From Candidatus Nitrospinota bacterium M3_3B_026 (GTDB taxonomy: Bacteria; Nitrospinota_A; UBA7883; JBPRGF01): a DNA stretch of 64,000 bases. The stretch is taken from the NCBI GenBank assembly GCA_051418015.1, contig JBPRGF010000033.1, forward strand, positions 384,001 to 448,000, given 5' to 3'. The notes under the pieces were generated by a model. The model did not search any database. It was given only the letters and a program-made list of their open reading frames with translations, and was not told the origin of the DNA. Shown in pieces: positions 46,794-56,091 of this stretch; position 1 is the first letter of the stretch; each line of letters begins with the position of its first letter. The translations under genes and the position numbers were made by a program.

Positions 46794-48053
46794 ATGCGAG
46801 TCCTTGCGATGATCCTGGCGGGGGGTGAGGGCAAAAGGCTTTATCCCCTGACAAAAGACCGTTCCAAGCCCGCCGTCCCTTTCGGTGGAAGGTACAGGAT
46901 CATAGACTTTGTCCTGTCGAACTTCGTGAACTCGGGTTTCACAAAGATAAAAGTCCTGACCCAGTTCAAGTCCGACTCCCTCAACCGCCACCTGGCCCGC
47001 GGCTGGCAGCTGTCGTCGATCATCGACCAGTACATAGACCCCGTGCCCGCCCAGATGCGCACCGGCAGGGATTGGTACAGGGGAACGGCGGACGCCATAT
47101 TCCAGAACATGCACATCGTGGAAGACGAAAACCCGGACTTCGTCATGGTCTTCGGCGGCGACCACATCTATCGGATGGACGTAAGCCAGATGCTGCGCGG
47201 GCACATAGAAAACGCCGCCGATCTCACCGTCGCCGCCATACCATACCACCGGAGCAAGGCGAGCGATTTCGGCATCATACAGGTCGATGAGCAATGGCGT
47301 ATCAAGCGCTTCCTGGAAAAGCCAAAGGACCCGCCCCCCATCCCGGGAATGCCTGACCATTCCCTAGTCTCCATGGGCAACTACATCTTCTCCCGCAGAG
47401 CCCTGGAGGAGGCGATCGTCGAGGACGCGAAAAAGAACACCGAGCATGACTTCGGCAAGAACATCATCGTCTCCATGCTGCCCGACTACAAGGTCTTCGC
47501 CTATGACTTCAACAGCAACGACGTCCCCGGCATGACGGAGAAAGAGCGCGGTTACTGGCGCGACGTGGGGAGCCTGGACCAATACTGGAAGGCGTCGATG
47601 GATCTTGTCTCGGTCTCCCCCGTCTTCAACCTCTACAACCAGCAATGGCCCATCCGCTGCCATTATCCCCCCGCCCCGCCGGCCAAGTTCGTCTTCGCCG
47701 ACATAGGTAAACGCGCCGGGATGGCGACGGACTCGCTCGTGGCGGAAGGGTGCATCATCTCCGGAGGCAGGATAAACAGGACGGTCCTCTTTCCCAATTG
47801 CCGGATAAACAGCTACTCGCGGGTGGACGAGTCCGTGCTGATGGAGGGTGTGACGGTGGGGCGCCACTGCAAGGTGAAAAAAGCCATCATCGATAAATAC
47901 GTGAATGTCCCCGAGGGGGCGGAGATAGGCTACGACCTGGAAAAAGACAGGAAGAGATTCCATGTCACGGAAAACGGAATAGTGGTGATATCGAAAGGCG
48001 CGCACATACCCAGGCTCAACCCACACGCTCTTCAGGCCCAGGACAGCCACTGA
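46794..48053 (+). CDS. glgC: Glucose-1-phosphate adenylyltransferase
   Basis: LAGGEGKRLYPLT..RSKPAVPFGG, GTADAI, GDHIYRMD, FLEKP, YWRDVG. Confidence 0.97.
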   Translation: MRVLAMILAGGEGKRLYPLTKDRSKPAVPFGGRYRIIDFVLSNFVNSGFTKIKVLTQFKSDSLNRHLARGWQLSSIIDQYIDPVPAQMRTGRDWYRGTADAIFQNMHIVEDENPDFVMVFGGDHIYRMDVSQMLRGHIENAADLTVAAIPYHRSKASDFGIIQVDEQWRIKRFLEKPKDPPPIPGMPDHSLVSMGNYIFSRRALEEAIVEDAKKNTEHDFGKNIIVSMLPDYKVFAYDFNSNDVPGMTEKERGYWRDVGSLDQYWKASMDLVSVSPVFNLYNQQWPIRCHYPPAPPAKFVFADIGKRAGMATDSLVAEGCIISGGRINRTVLFPNCRINSYSRVDESVLMEGVTVGRHCKVKKAIIDKYVNVPEGAEIGYDLEKDRKRFHVTENGIVVISKGAHIPRLNPHALQAQDSH

Positions 48054-48190
48054 CGGCGCCACGCCTTGCGCCGGCTGGTTTTCGAGAATTTCCGCCGCCA
48101 TGCTTTCCCCGGGAATTGCAAAATAAGGTCTTTACTGCGCCCATGGATACGGGTTATCCATATAGCTTTGTCGATCTTGGAGATATCCGG

Positions 48191-49480
48191 ATGAGAATCC
48201 TGGAGACAAAAGACCCCGTCTTCGAAAAGACAATGGCCCTGCTGGAGCGCCGCCTCGAAGCGGGCTCCTCCGGAGCCGGCAAGGCTGTCGAGAGAATAAT
48301 AAAGGACGTCAAACGACGCGGCGACGCGGCCGTCCTTGCATGGACTAAAAGACTGGACGGCGCCTCGTACACCGCCCGGTCCATGCGAGTCTCCGAAAGG
48401 GAGATGGCGAAAGCCGAAAAACTATCCGACCCCGAAACCGCCCGCGCCCTCAAGAAGGCCGCCCGGCGGATAAAAAAGTTCCACGCCAGGCAGAGAGAAA
48501 AGGGGTGGTCTTTCCGTGATGAAGGCGTCACGCTGGGACAGGCGGTGACCCCCCTCTCATCCGCCGGGGTGTACGTCCCCGGCGGCAAGGCGGCCTATCC
48601 AAGCTCCGTGCTGATGAACGTAATACCGGCTAAGATCGCGGGCGTCCCCCGCGTCGTAATGACAACCCCCGCTCCGGGAGGCAAGATAAACCCCCATGTG
48701 CTGCTGGCGGCGAAGATCGCGGGCGTGGACGAGATATACAAGATCGGCGGCGCGCAGGCCGTCGGCGCGCTGGCCTACGGGACGAGGACGATAAAACCCG
48801 TGGACAAGATCGTGGGCCCGGGCAATGTCTACGTGGCGGAGGCCAAGCGGCGCGTCTTCGGAGCCGTGGACATAGACATGATAGCTGGCCCCAGCGAGAT
48901 ACTGGTCATCGCCGACTCGTCGGCGAACCCGGCCCACGCCGCGGCGGACCTTTTGTCCCAGGCGGAGCACGACGAGAACGCATACCCCATCCTCGTCACC
49001 ACTTCGAAAAAATTCGCTTTGGCTGTGAACGTGGAGATGGAACGGCAGATCGAAAAACTCCCCCGCGCGGCGATAGTCAAAAAATGCCTGCGGAAAAATT
49101 GTTATTGTTTCATCGCAAGAAGCATGAGCGAGGCCATAGAGATCGCCAACCGCTTCGCGCCGGAGCACCTGGAGCTTCTCGTGAAAAACGCGCGCGGGCT
49201 CTCTGGTAAAATAAAGAACGCGGGCGCCGTATTCGCCGGGCCGTGGACGCCGGAAGCTCTGGGGGATTATATGGCCGGGCCGAACCACGTCCTGCCCACG
49301 GGAGGCGCGGCGCGTTTCTCGTCGCCTCTCGGCGTGTACGATTTCGTGAAGCGGACGAGCCTGCTGTCCTTCGACGAGAGGGGTTTCAGAAAGCTGGCCG
49401 GCGCCGTCATCGCCCTGGCCGAGGAGGAGGGCCTCTCCGCCCACGCGAACGCCGTAAAGATGAGGCTGAAGGAAAAATGA
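48191..49480 (+). CDS. hisD: Histidinol dehydrogenase
   Basis: YVPGGKAAYPSSVLM, GPGNVYV, AGPSE, SQAEHD, APEHLEL, GPNHVLPT. Confidence 0.97.
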   Translation: MRILETKDPVFEKTMALLERRLEAGSSGAGKAVERIIKDVKRRGDAAVLAWTKRLDGASYTARSMRVSEREMAKAEKLSDPETARALKKAARRIKKFHARQREKGWSFRDEGVTLGQAVTPLSSAGVYVPGGKAAYPSSVLMNVIPAKIAGVPRVVMTTPAPGGKINPHVLLAAKIAGVDEIYKIGGAQAVGALAYGTRTIKPVDKIVGPGNVYVAEAKRRVFGAVDIDMIAGPSEILVIADSSANPAHAAADLLSQAEHDENAYPILVTTSKKFALAVNVEMERQIEKLPRAAIVKKCLRKNCYCFIARSMSEAIEIANRFAPEHLELLVKNARGLSGKIKNAGAVFAGPWTPEALGDYMAGPNHVLPTGGAARFSSPLGVYDFVKRTSLLSFDERGFRKLAGAVIALAEEEGLSAHANAVKMRLKEK

Positions 49481-50541
49481 AAGACCCCGTAAAACTCGTC
49501 CGCCGGAGAATACGGGAGCTTTCCGCCTATCACGTGGAGCCGCGCCCCTGCGAGGTGGTCTTGGACGCGAACGAGTCTCCCCATCCCCTGCCGGGGCCGC
49601 TGCGCCCGAAAATCGAAGCGGCTTTAAAAATCGAGCTCAACCGATATCCCGATCCCGAGGCGAAGGCGCTTAAAAAGGCGATCGCGGCGAAGGAAGGGGT
49701 TCGCGAGGACGAAATTCTTCTCGGCAACGGCTCGGACGAAGTCATTCAAGCGCTGATCGCCTCCGTCTGCGACCCCGGCGACAAGATTCTCGTCCCAGCG
49801 CCGACTTTCACGATGTACAAGCTGATCGCGCGATACCTGAACGCCGACACAATCGAGGTTCCGCTCCTCGACGACTGGTCGCTCGACATCTCCGCCGTGA
49901 TCCATAACATGAAGTTCGGCGCGCCGAAAATAATCTTCATCGCCTCGCCCAACAACCCCACCGGCGCCATGGCAAACAGGGAGGCGTTGGACGCCGTGGT
50001 GGACGCCGCGCCGGGCCTTGTAGCCGTTGACGAGGCGTACATCGACTACGCGAAGGCCCCTGCGGGCCCCCTGTTCCGCGAGAGGAAAAACGTGGTCATC
50101 CTGCGCACCCTCTCCAAGATCGGGCTTGCGGGAATTCGCCTTGGATACATGATGGCGGACGCGGCGCTGATAGAGCAGGTAAATAAGGTCCGCCTGCCAT
50201 ACAACATAAACTCCATGGTCCAGGCCATCGCGAGAATCGCAGTAGAAAACTGGCGCGAGTTTCTACCGGCCCTCGGCTCGATAGTGAAAGAGCGCGGGAG
50301 GGTATTCGAGGAACTCTCACGGATGGGCGGCGTCCACCCCTTCCCCTCCGAGGCGAACTTCATTCTGATTCGGATAGAGGAGAGAAGCGCGGGGGAGATA
50401 TTCGAACGGCTGCTTTCCGAAGGGGTTCGCGTCCGCTGGTTCGAGGGGGACCCGAGGCTTGGGGATTGTCTGCGCGGCGCCATCGGGACGCCGGAAGAAA
50501 ACGGCCGTTTCCTCGCAGCGCTGAAGAAGGCGCTTTCATGA
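49477..50541 (+). CDS. hisC: Histidinol-phosphate aminotransferase
   Basis: [42 protein letters not shown]. Confidence 0.95.
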   Translation: MKDPVKLVRRRIRELSAYHVEPRPCEVVLDANESPHPLPGPLRPKIEAALKIELNRYPDPEAKALKKAIAAKEGVREDEILLGNGSDEVIQALIASVCDPGDKILVPAPTFTMYKLIARYLNADTIEVPLLDDWSLDISAVIHNMKFGAPKIIFIASPNNPTGAMANREALDAVVDAAPGLVAVDEAYIDYAKAPAGPLFRERKNVVILRTLSKIGLAGIRLGYMMADAALIEQVNKVRLPYNINSMVQAIARIAVENWREFLPALGSIVKERGRVFEELSRMGGVHPFPSEANFILIRIEERSAGEIFERLLSEGVRVRWFEGDPRLGDCLRGAIGTPEENGRFLAALKKALS

Positions 50542-50972
50542 AGCGCGTCAAAAAATGTCCGGCCTGCGGCGCGGAGGCGCCCATCCGCCTGAACCCTTAT
50601 CTCACGGTGGATATAATCATAGAGGTGGGGGACAGAATCGTTCTCATCGAGCGCGGCGGCGAGCCGGAAGGCTGGGCCATCCCTGGCGGGTTCGTCGATT
50701 ACGGCGAGACGGTGGAGGCCGCCGCCGTCCGCGAGGCGAGAGAGGAGACGGGGCTGGACGTGGAGCTTGTCCGTCAGTTCCATGTATATTCGGACCCTCG
50801 CCGCGACCCGCGCCAGCACAACGCCTCGGTGGTCTTCATCGCGAAAGCCGAGGGCGAGCCGAAGGGAGGCGACGATGCGAAGCGGGCGGCTCTTTTCACG
50901 AAGGACAGTCTGCCGCAGCTTGCCTTCGACCACGAGAAGATACTGGACGACTATTTCAACAAGAGATACTAG
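50538..50972 (+). CDS. NUDIX hydrolase
   Basis: [24 protein letters not shown]udix box; RDPR; LAFDH. Confidence 0.93.
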   Translation: MKRVKKCPACGAEAPIRLNPYLTVDIIIEVGDRIVLIERGGEPEGWAIPGGFVDYGETVEAAAVREAREETGLDVELVRQFHVYSDPRRDPRQHNASVVFIAKAEGEPKGGDDAKRAALFTKDSLPQLAFDHEKILDDYFNKRY

Positions 50973-50974
50973 GC

Positions 50975-51916
50975 ATGTCCGAAGAAGCCTTCGACGTCGT
51001 AACGGGCGCGTTCGGATACTCCGGCAAGTACATAACAAAATTTCTGCTGGAAAAAGGACGGAAGGTCCGTACGATAACAGGCTCGCCGGAGCGGGAAAAT
51101 CCTTTCGGCGAAAAGGTCGCCCCCTTCCCGTTCAACTTCGGCAAGCCCGAAAAACTCGTGGAGACGCTGCGCGGCGCGGACGTTCTTTACAACACCTACT
51201 GGGTGCGGTTCAACCATGGAGACTTCACCCACGAGGCGGCCGTCCAGAACACCTTCACGCTTTTCGCCGCGGCGAAGGAGGCGGGCGTCCGGAGAGTCGT
51301 CCACATCAGCATAACGAACCCTTCCGAGGATTCGCCGCTTGAGTATTTCCGGGGCAAGGCAAGGCAGGAGCGGTCGCTAATGGAGTCCGGCCTGTCATAC
51401 GCCATCCTGCGGCCCACGGTTCTTTTCGGCGACGAGGACATACTGATAAACAACATAGCGTGGGTTTTGAGGCGGTTCCCCGCATTCGGCCTGTTCGGGT
51501 TCGGCGACTACCGCCTGCGTCCCATGTTCGTGGAGGACATGGCGGCGCTGGCCGTCGAGCAGGGGGAGGGCTCCGAAAACGTCGTGATCGACGCCGTGGG
51601 GCCGGAGTCTTTCGCCTTCCGGGATCTGGTGGAAACCATCGCCGACGCTATAGGCGTCCGGCGTCTCATCGTCCCCATGCCCCCGTTCGCGGCGCATCTT
51701 TTCGGCGCGGTCATGGGCAAGCTCAAGGGCGACGTTCTCATCACGAGGGATGAGATCGACGGGCTGATGGCCGGGCTCCTGGACACGGACTCCCCAGCCA
51801 CCGGAGCCACGCGGCTTACCGAGTGGATAAGGGAAAACCGGGAAACGCTGGGCCGCAAGTACTCAAGCGAACTCGCCCGCAGGCTGGACAGGAAGAGCGC
51901 CTACGAGAGGCTTTAA
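50975..51916 (+). CDS. NAD(P)-binding SDR/epimerase (NDUFA9-like)
   Basis: VTGAFGYSG, Y..GK, ILRPTVLFG. Confidence 0.88.
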   Translation: MSEEAFDVVTGAFGYSGKYITKFLLEKGRKVRTITGSPERENPFGEKVAPFPFNFGKPEKLVETLRGADVLYNTYWVRFNHGDFTHEAAVQNTFTLFAAAKEAGVRRVVHISITNPSEDSPLEYFRGKARQERSLMESGLSYAILRPTVLFGDEDILINNIAWVLRRFPAFGLFGFGDYRLRPMFVEDMAALAVEQGEGSENVVIDAVGPESFAFRDLVETIADAIGVRRLIVPMPPFAAHLFGAVMGKLKGDVLITRDEIDGLMAGLLDTDSPATGATRLTEWIRENRETLGRKYSSELARRLDRKSAYERL

Positions 51917-53076
51917 GAGGTCGAGGCGCCGCGCGCCCGCTCCACGATATCCGGCAGGACGGCCATGAGATAGTCCACGTCCTCCATCGTGTTCTGCCGC
52001 CCGAGGGATATCCGCAGGCTGCCGTTTATGAACTCGGCGGGGACATCCATGGCCTTGAGGACATGGGAAGGCTCCATGGCGCCGGAGCCGCACGCGGAGC
52101 CGGTTGAAACAAGAACGCCCTCCATATCCAAGTTGATGAAGAGCGCCTCGCCGTCGGCGCCTTTGAAGGATGCGTTCAGCGTCCCCGGCAGGCGCCTTTC
52201 ACCACCGCCGTTCACGCGGACGTCTTTTATGGTCTCGATGATCCTGCGTTCCAGCTCGTCGCGCAGGCTCCTGATCCGCTCCGCCTCGCTTTCAAGCTCC
52301 GCCGCGCCCAGCTCCACCGCCTTGGCAAAACCGATGATCCCCGGCGCGTTCTCCGTCCCGGCGCGAAGGCCGCGTTCATGATGACCGCCATGAAACAGCG
52401 GCTCCACCTTCGTCCCGCTTCGGACGTAGAGCGCCCCGACGCCTTTGGGGCCGTTCACCTTGTGGGACGACAACGAGAGCATGTCGACGCCGAGGTCGTC
52501 GACATTGACAGGTATCTTCATGAACGCCTGCACGGCGTCGGTGTGGACGGCGGCTCCTTTCGTCCGCGCCAGCTCAGCGATCCGCCCCACAGGCTGGATC
52601 ACGCCGGATTCGTTGTTGGCAAGCATTATCGTGACGAGGATCGTGTCGTCATCGACAGCCTCCGCCACCGCCTTCTCGTCAACGGCCCCGGCCCCGGAGA
52701 CGGGAGCTTTTCTGACCGCGATACCGTTATTCTCCAGGTATTCGAGGCTCCCGAAAACGGCGGGATGCTCTATTGCGGACGTGACGATGGCCGGGGACGC
52801 GCCACTTCTGTTGGCCGCGGCGAACCCTTTCACTGCAAGGTTGTCCGCCTCCGTCCCGCCGGAGGTGAAAAAAATCTCCGAAGGCTTAGCGCCGATGGCG
52901 GACGCGATTGTCTCCCGCGCATCGCTTATCCACGCCTTTGCCTCGCGCCCAAGTCGATGGGCGGACGATGGGTTGCCGAAAGACGCCTCGTAAAATGGAA
53001 GCATTGCCTCCAGCGCCTCCGGGCGGACGGGAGTTGTGGCGTTGTTGTCGAGGTAGACAAGCCTGGGGGCCGTCAT
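51913..53076 (-). CDS. Cysteine desulfurase (IscS/NifS family)
   Basis: YLDNNATT, FGNPSS, TSGGTEADN, HTDAVQ, SSHKVNGPKG, STGSACGS. Confidence 0.95.
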   Translation of the reverse strand: MTAPRLVYLDNNATTPVRPEALEAMLPFYEASFGNPSSAHRLGREAKAWISDARETIASAIGAKPSEIFFTSGGTEADNLAVKGFAAANRSGASPAIVTSAIEHPAVFGSLEYLENNGIAVRKAPVSGAGAVDEKAVAEAVDDDTILVTIMLANNESGVIQPVGRIAELARTKGAAVHTDAVQAFMKIPVNVDDLGVDMLSLSSHKVNGPKGVGALYVRSGTKVEPLFHGGHHERGLRAGTENAPGIIGFAKAVELGAAELESEAERIRSLRDELERRIIETIKDVRVNGGGERRLPGTLNASFKGADGEALFINLDMEGVLVSTGSACGSGAMEPSHVLKAMDVPAEFINGSLRISLGRQNTMEDVDYLMAVLPDIVERARGASTS

Positions 53077-53085
53077 TTCTTCCCT

Positions 53086-54099
53086 TCAGCCGACACGCAA
53101 CTTCGCCAGGATATCCTCCGGGGCAGGGCGCGCGGAGACGGTGAACGCGCTTTCGTCCCCCTTGCGGTGATATTTTATCTCCAAGGGGTCGCCGTTGGTC
53201 CTGTCGCAATACCGCGCCGCGACGGCTCCGGCCAGCTCCACGGACTCGCGGGATAGCTTGCCGCGGGCGACGGAGAGCGGCCCGCGCGCCCGGGCGGGGT
53301 AGAAGATGAAATCCTCAGGCCGGGCCATTCTCTTGAGCTTTTCGTTTTCCTCGTGGTCACGCCCCACGATCAGCTTCAACTCGTCCGTTATTCTGAAATG
53401 CCTCCCCAGGCGAAGGAGCCTTGCGTCCTTGACGGAGGCGGACTCGTCATGGGCGAGCATGTCCTTCATCCTCATTGCGAAGTGGGGGTCCGTGAGCAGG
53501 CATCCGCCGGAGGAGCAGAGATTGTCGGTCATGCCGAACTCTTCCTTGGCGATCTTGATCTGCTCCTTTCGGGAACGGCCGTGGATGGCGAGCATCTTCT
53601 CCCTGTCGATAAGCCCTTCCTTCTCCGGGACAGTCGGCGGCAAAAGCTTCGCGCACAGCGGCCGGACAACCAGGCCGGAAAGACCCGCCTCACGGTCGAT
53701 GAGGTTCATCCTGTCGAGCTTCTGGGACATCCCACGCTGGCCCAGCACCTCGCCGGTGAATATGAACGCCGCGCCCTCCTCATCCATGATCTCCTTCGCG
53801 CGGCGGAAGATCATGATCCTGCAATCCACGCACGGGTTCATATTCTTGCCGTAGCCGTGCTCGGGATTCCTTACGAGGTCTATGTACTCCCTGCCCATGA
53901 ACTCCACCCTGGCGGGGACTCCCAGCTCCTCGGCCAGGCGCGCTGCCTCGTTCTTGCATCCATGGCCCTTGTGAGTGCAGGTGCAGAAGGGGCTCGTGAA
54001 GTTCAGGGCGATTATGTCGAAACCCAGCTTTTTCATTATTCGGGCCGCCAGCGTGCTGTCCAGCCCGCCGGACAGCAGCCCTATAGTCTTTACAGCCAA
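53086..54099 (-). CDS. PP-loop ThiI/MnmA-like tRNA thiolase with C-terminal DUF814/NFACT-R-like domain
   Basis: SGGLDS, PFCTC, GYGKNMNPCVDCR, TGEVLGQR.MSQ, GGCLLTD, GRHFR. Confidence 0.85.
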   Translation of the reverse strand: MAVKTIGLLSGGLDSTLAARIMKKLGFDIIALNFTSPFCTCTHKGHGCKNEAARLAEELGVPARVEFMGREYIDLVRNPEHGYGKNMNPCVDCRIMIFRRAKEIMDEEGAAFIFTGEVLGQRGMSQKLDRMNLIDREAGLSGLVVRPLCAKLLPPTVPEKEGLIDREKMLAIHGRSRKEQIKIAKEEFGMTDNLCSSGGCLLTDPHFAMRMKDMLAHDESASVKDARLLRLGRHFRITDELKLIVGRDHEENEKLKRMARPEDFIFYPARARGPLSVARGKLSRESVELAGAVAARYCDRTNGDPLEIKYHRKGDESAFTVSARPAPEDILAKLRVG

Positions 54100-54136
54100 T
54101 TCACGCGCCTTTCCTGATATCGGTTTTTCGGCTCTG

Positions 54137-55144
54137 TCAATACAGTATTTCTATGTATGCCTGGGAGCGCAAACGATCAAGCCACGCGTCCTTCTTCTTT
54201 TGGAAGGCCTCTTCTCGCATGAGAGCCATCACCTTCTCCTTCACCTCATCGAAAGGCAGAGGCCTGGGCTCTATCCTGTCCGTGACCTTGATGAGATGGA
54301 AGCCGTAGCGCGTGACCGCAGGGCCCCCCACTTCGCCCGTGTCGAGGGCGAAGGCGGCCTCTTCGAAGGCGGGGACCATGGACCCCCTGGTGAACCAGCC
54401 CAGGTCGCCCCCGTTTTTCGCCGCGCCGTCCTGCGACTCTTTTTTCGCGACCTCGGCGAAGTCGGCTCCGTTTTTTATCCTTTCCAACAGCTCCCTTATT
54501 TTCTGTTTAGCCTTCCTGTAGTTCTTGGGGTCACCTTCCTGTGAGGCCAGCAGGACAATATGGCTTGCGCGGATTTTCTCCTTCGGGGGATCCATGAACA
54601 TCTTCCTGTTCCGCTCATAGTATGCGCGCGCCTCCTCCTCCGTGACGTTCACGCCGGTCACTTCGAGGCTGGAAATCTTGCGGGAGAGCATCTGTTCGCG
54701 CATCTTCTCCCTGTAGTCGTCCATACTCATCCCCTGAGCCTTCAGGGCCTGTTCGAACTGGTCATAGGTTATAGAGTTGCCCTCCAGCACCCTGTCTATG
54801 GCCTGGTCCACCTCGCCTTCTTTCACGGTGACGTTGCTCTCCTTCGCGTAGTGGGCAATCACCTTTTCGTCTACCATGGATGACAGAACGGTCCGCTCCG
54901 AGAGCCTTCCCGGCGGGATGGCCCCCTCGTCCGGGCCGGCGAGCCTTTTTACAAGCTCTATCCTTTTCCTCACGTCGGAAAGGAGTATTATCTCCCCGTT
55001 GACGTTGGCCACCACCCTGTCCACGATTTCCGCGCGCGCCGGGGCGGAAAAGGCCGCCCCCGCGGCGAGGGTCAGGACAAGGACGCGGACAAGACCGCGG
55101 AGTGAATCTTTATCGGCGTTTTTTTCTTCAAAGTCTCCAGCCAT
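54137..55144 (-). CDS. SurA-like chaperone / parvulin PPIase
   Basis: VDRVVANVNGEII, IRASHI, FAEVAKKESQD, GGDLGWF, YGFHLI; start uncertain (overlaps upstream gene). Confidence 0.9.
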   Translation of the reverse strand: MAGDFEEKNADKDSLRGLVRVLVLTLAAGAAFSAPARAEIVDRVVANVNGEIILLSDVRKRIELVKRLAGPDEGAIPPGRLSERTVLSSMVDEKVIAHYAKESNVTVKEGEVDQAIDRVLEGNSITYDQFEQALKAQGMSMDDYREKMREQMLSRKISSLEVTGVNVTEEEARAYYERNRKMFMDPPKEKIRASHIVLLASQEGDPKNYRKAKQKIRELLERIKNGADFAEVAKKESQDGAAKNGGDLGWFTRGSMVPAFEEAAFALDTGEVGGPAVTRYGFHLIKVTDRIEPRPLPFDEVKEKVMALMREEAFQKKKDAWLDRLRSQAYIEILY

Positions 55145-56058
55145 TCCTTGAACATCTCCTCCCGTTTAGGCTCCAGCAATATCTTCCTGATCCGCCCGGA
55201 AGCCTCCTCATAACTCATGGTGCGGGAATCCTCCCTCTCCACCACCCTGAAAATGTGGAAGCCGTATATGGATTTTACCACCTCGGATATGTCGCCCGTC
55301 CCGAGATCGAAAACAACGCCTTCCAGTTCCGGCGGAAGGAGCCCCTCGCTGATGAAGCCAAGGTCGCCTCCCTCGGCCGCCTCCGGGCTTTGCGAGACCT
55401 CCCTGGCTGTCTCCGAAAAGTCCGCTCCGTTCAGCAGTTTTTCCCTGACCTGCTCGGCCGTGGTCTCGTCGTGGACCATGATCTGCATCACGTGAGCCCG
55501 CCGGGGCCAGACGAAGCTGTCCGCGTTCTCTTTGTAATATTTTTCCACTTCATCCTTTGTGACCTCAACCTTCGAGTCCACCTCCAACTTCACCAGGGCC
55601 TCGACTTTCATCCTGGTCTCCAGGTATTTTTTCCATTCATCGAAGGTGAAACCGCTCTCCGCCAGGGCTATCCCCAGCCTGGCCTCGTCATACTCGCCGA
55701 GTAGCTCCCTGACTCTCCGCTCCAGAGACTCAGGCGTCACGGTCACATTTTTTTCTTCCGCCTCGATTTCCAGCGCGGCGTTGTTTATCAGGCGTGTGAG
55801 CAACGCCTCCCTGATCCTCTCCTCGCCCTGGTTTTCCATTCCCTTGACGCCGAGCAACGATCTGTACCTGGCGAACTCGGCTTCGAGCTCGCCCAGGGTT
55901 ATCTTCCTCTCGCCTACCTCGGCCACAACCGCTTCGGGGGCGTTTTTTGTCTCCGTCTCGCCTTCCAGGGGCTTTTCGCACCCCTGCGACAGGGCTCCCG
56001 CCGCGGCCAGGGCGGCGATCGCTATCCTTAATACTCTCATATTCCTCATAACGGTCAA
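55072..56058 (-). CDS. PrsA/SurA-like parvulin PPIase, probable lipoprotein
   Basis: LSQGC lipobox; GGDLGFI, SIYGFHIF. Confidence 0.88.
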   Translation of the reverse strand: MTVMRNMRVLRIAIAALAAAGALSQGCEKPLEGETETKNAPEAVVAEVGERKITLGELEAEFARYRSLLGVKGMENQGEERIREALLTRLINNAALEIEAEEKNVTVTPESLERRVRELLGEYDEARLGIALAESGFTFDEWKKYLETRMKVEALVKLEVDSKVEVTKDEVEKYYKENADSFVWPRRAHVMQIMVHDETTAEQVREKLLNGADFSETAREVSQSPEAAEGGDLGFISEGLLPPELEGVVFDLGTGDISEVVKSIYGFHIFRVVEREDSRTMSYEEASGRIRKILLEPKREEMFKEWLETLKKKTPIKIHSAVLSASLS

Positions 56059-56091
56059 GACGGGGGATCAACGAAACCCCAATCTTTCATT

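Noticed and set aside
48144..48162. DnaA-box-like TTATCCATA in a TGGATA..TATCCA dyad before hisD
   Set aside because: Single mismatched site; the dyad may be regulatory but support is too weak
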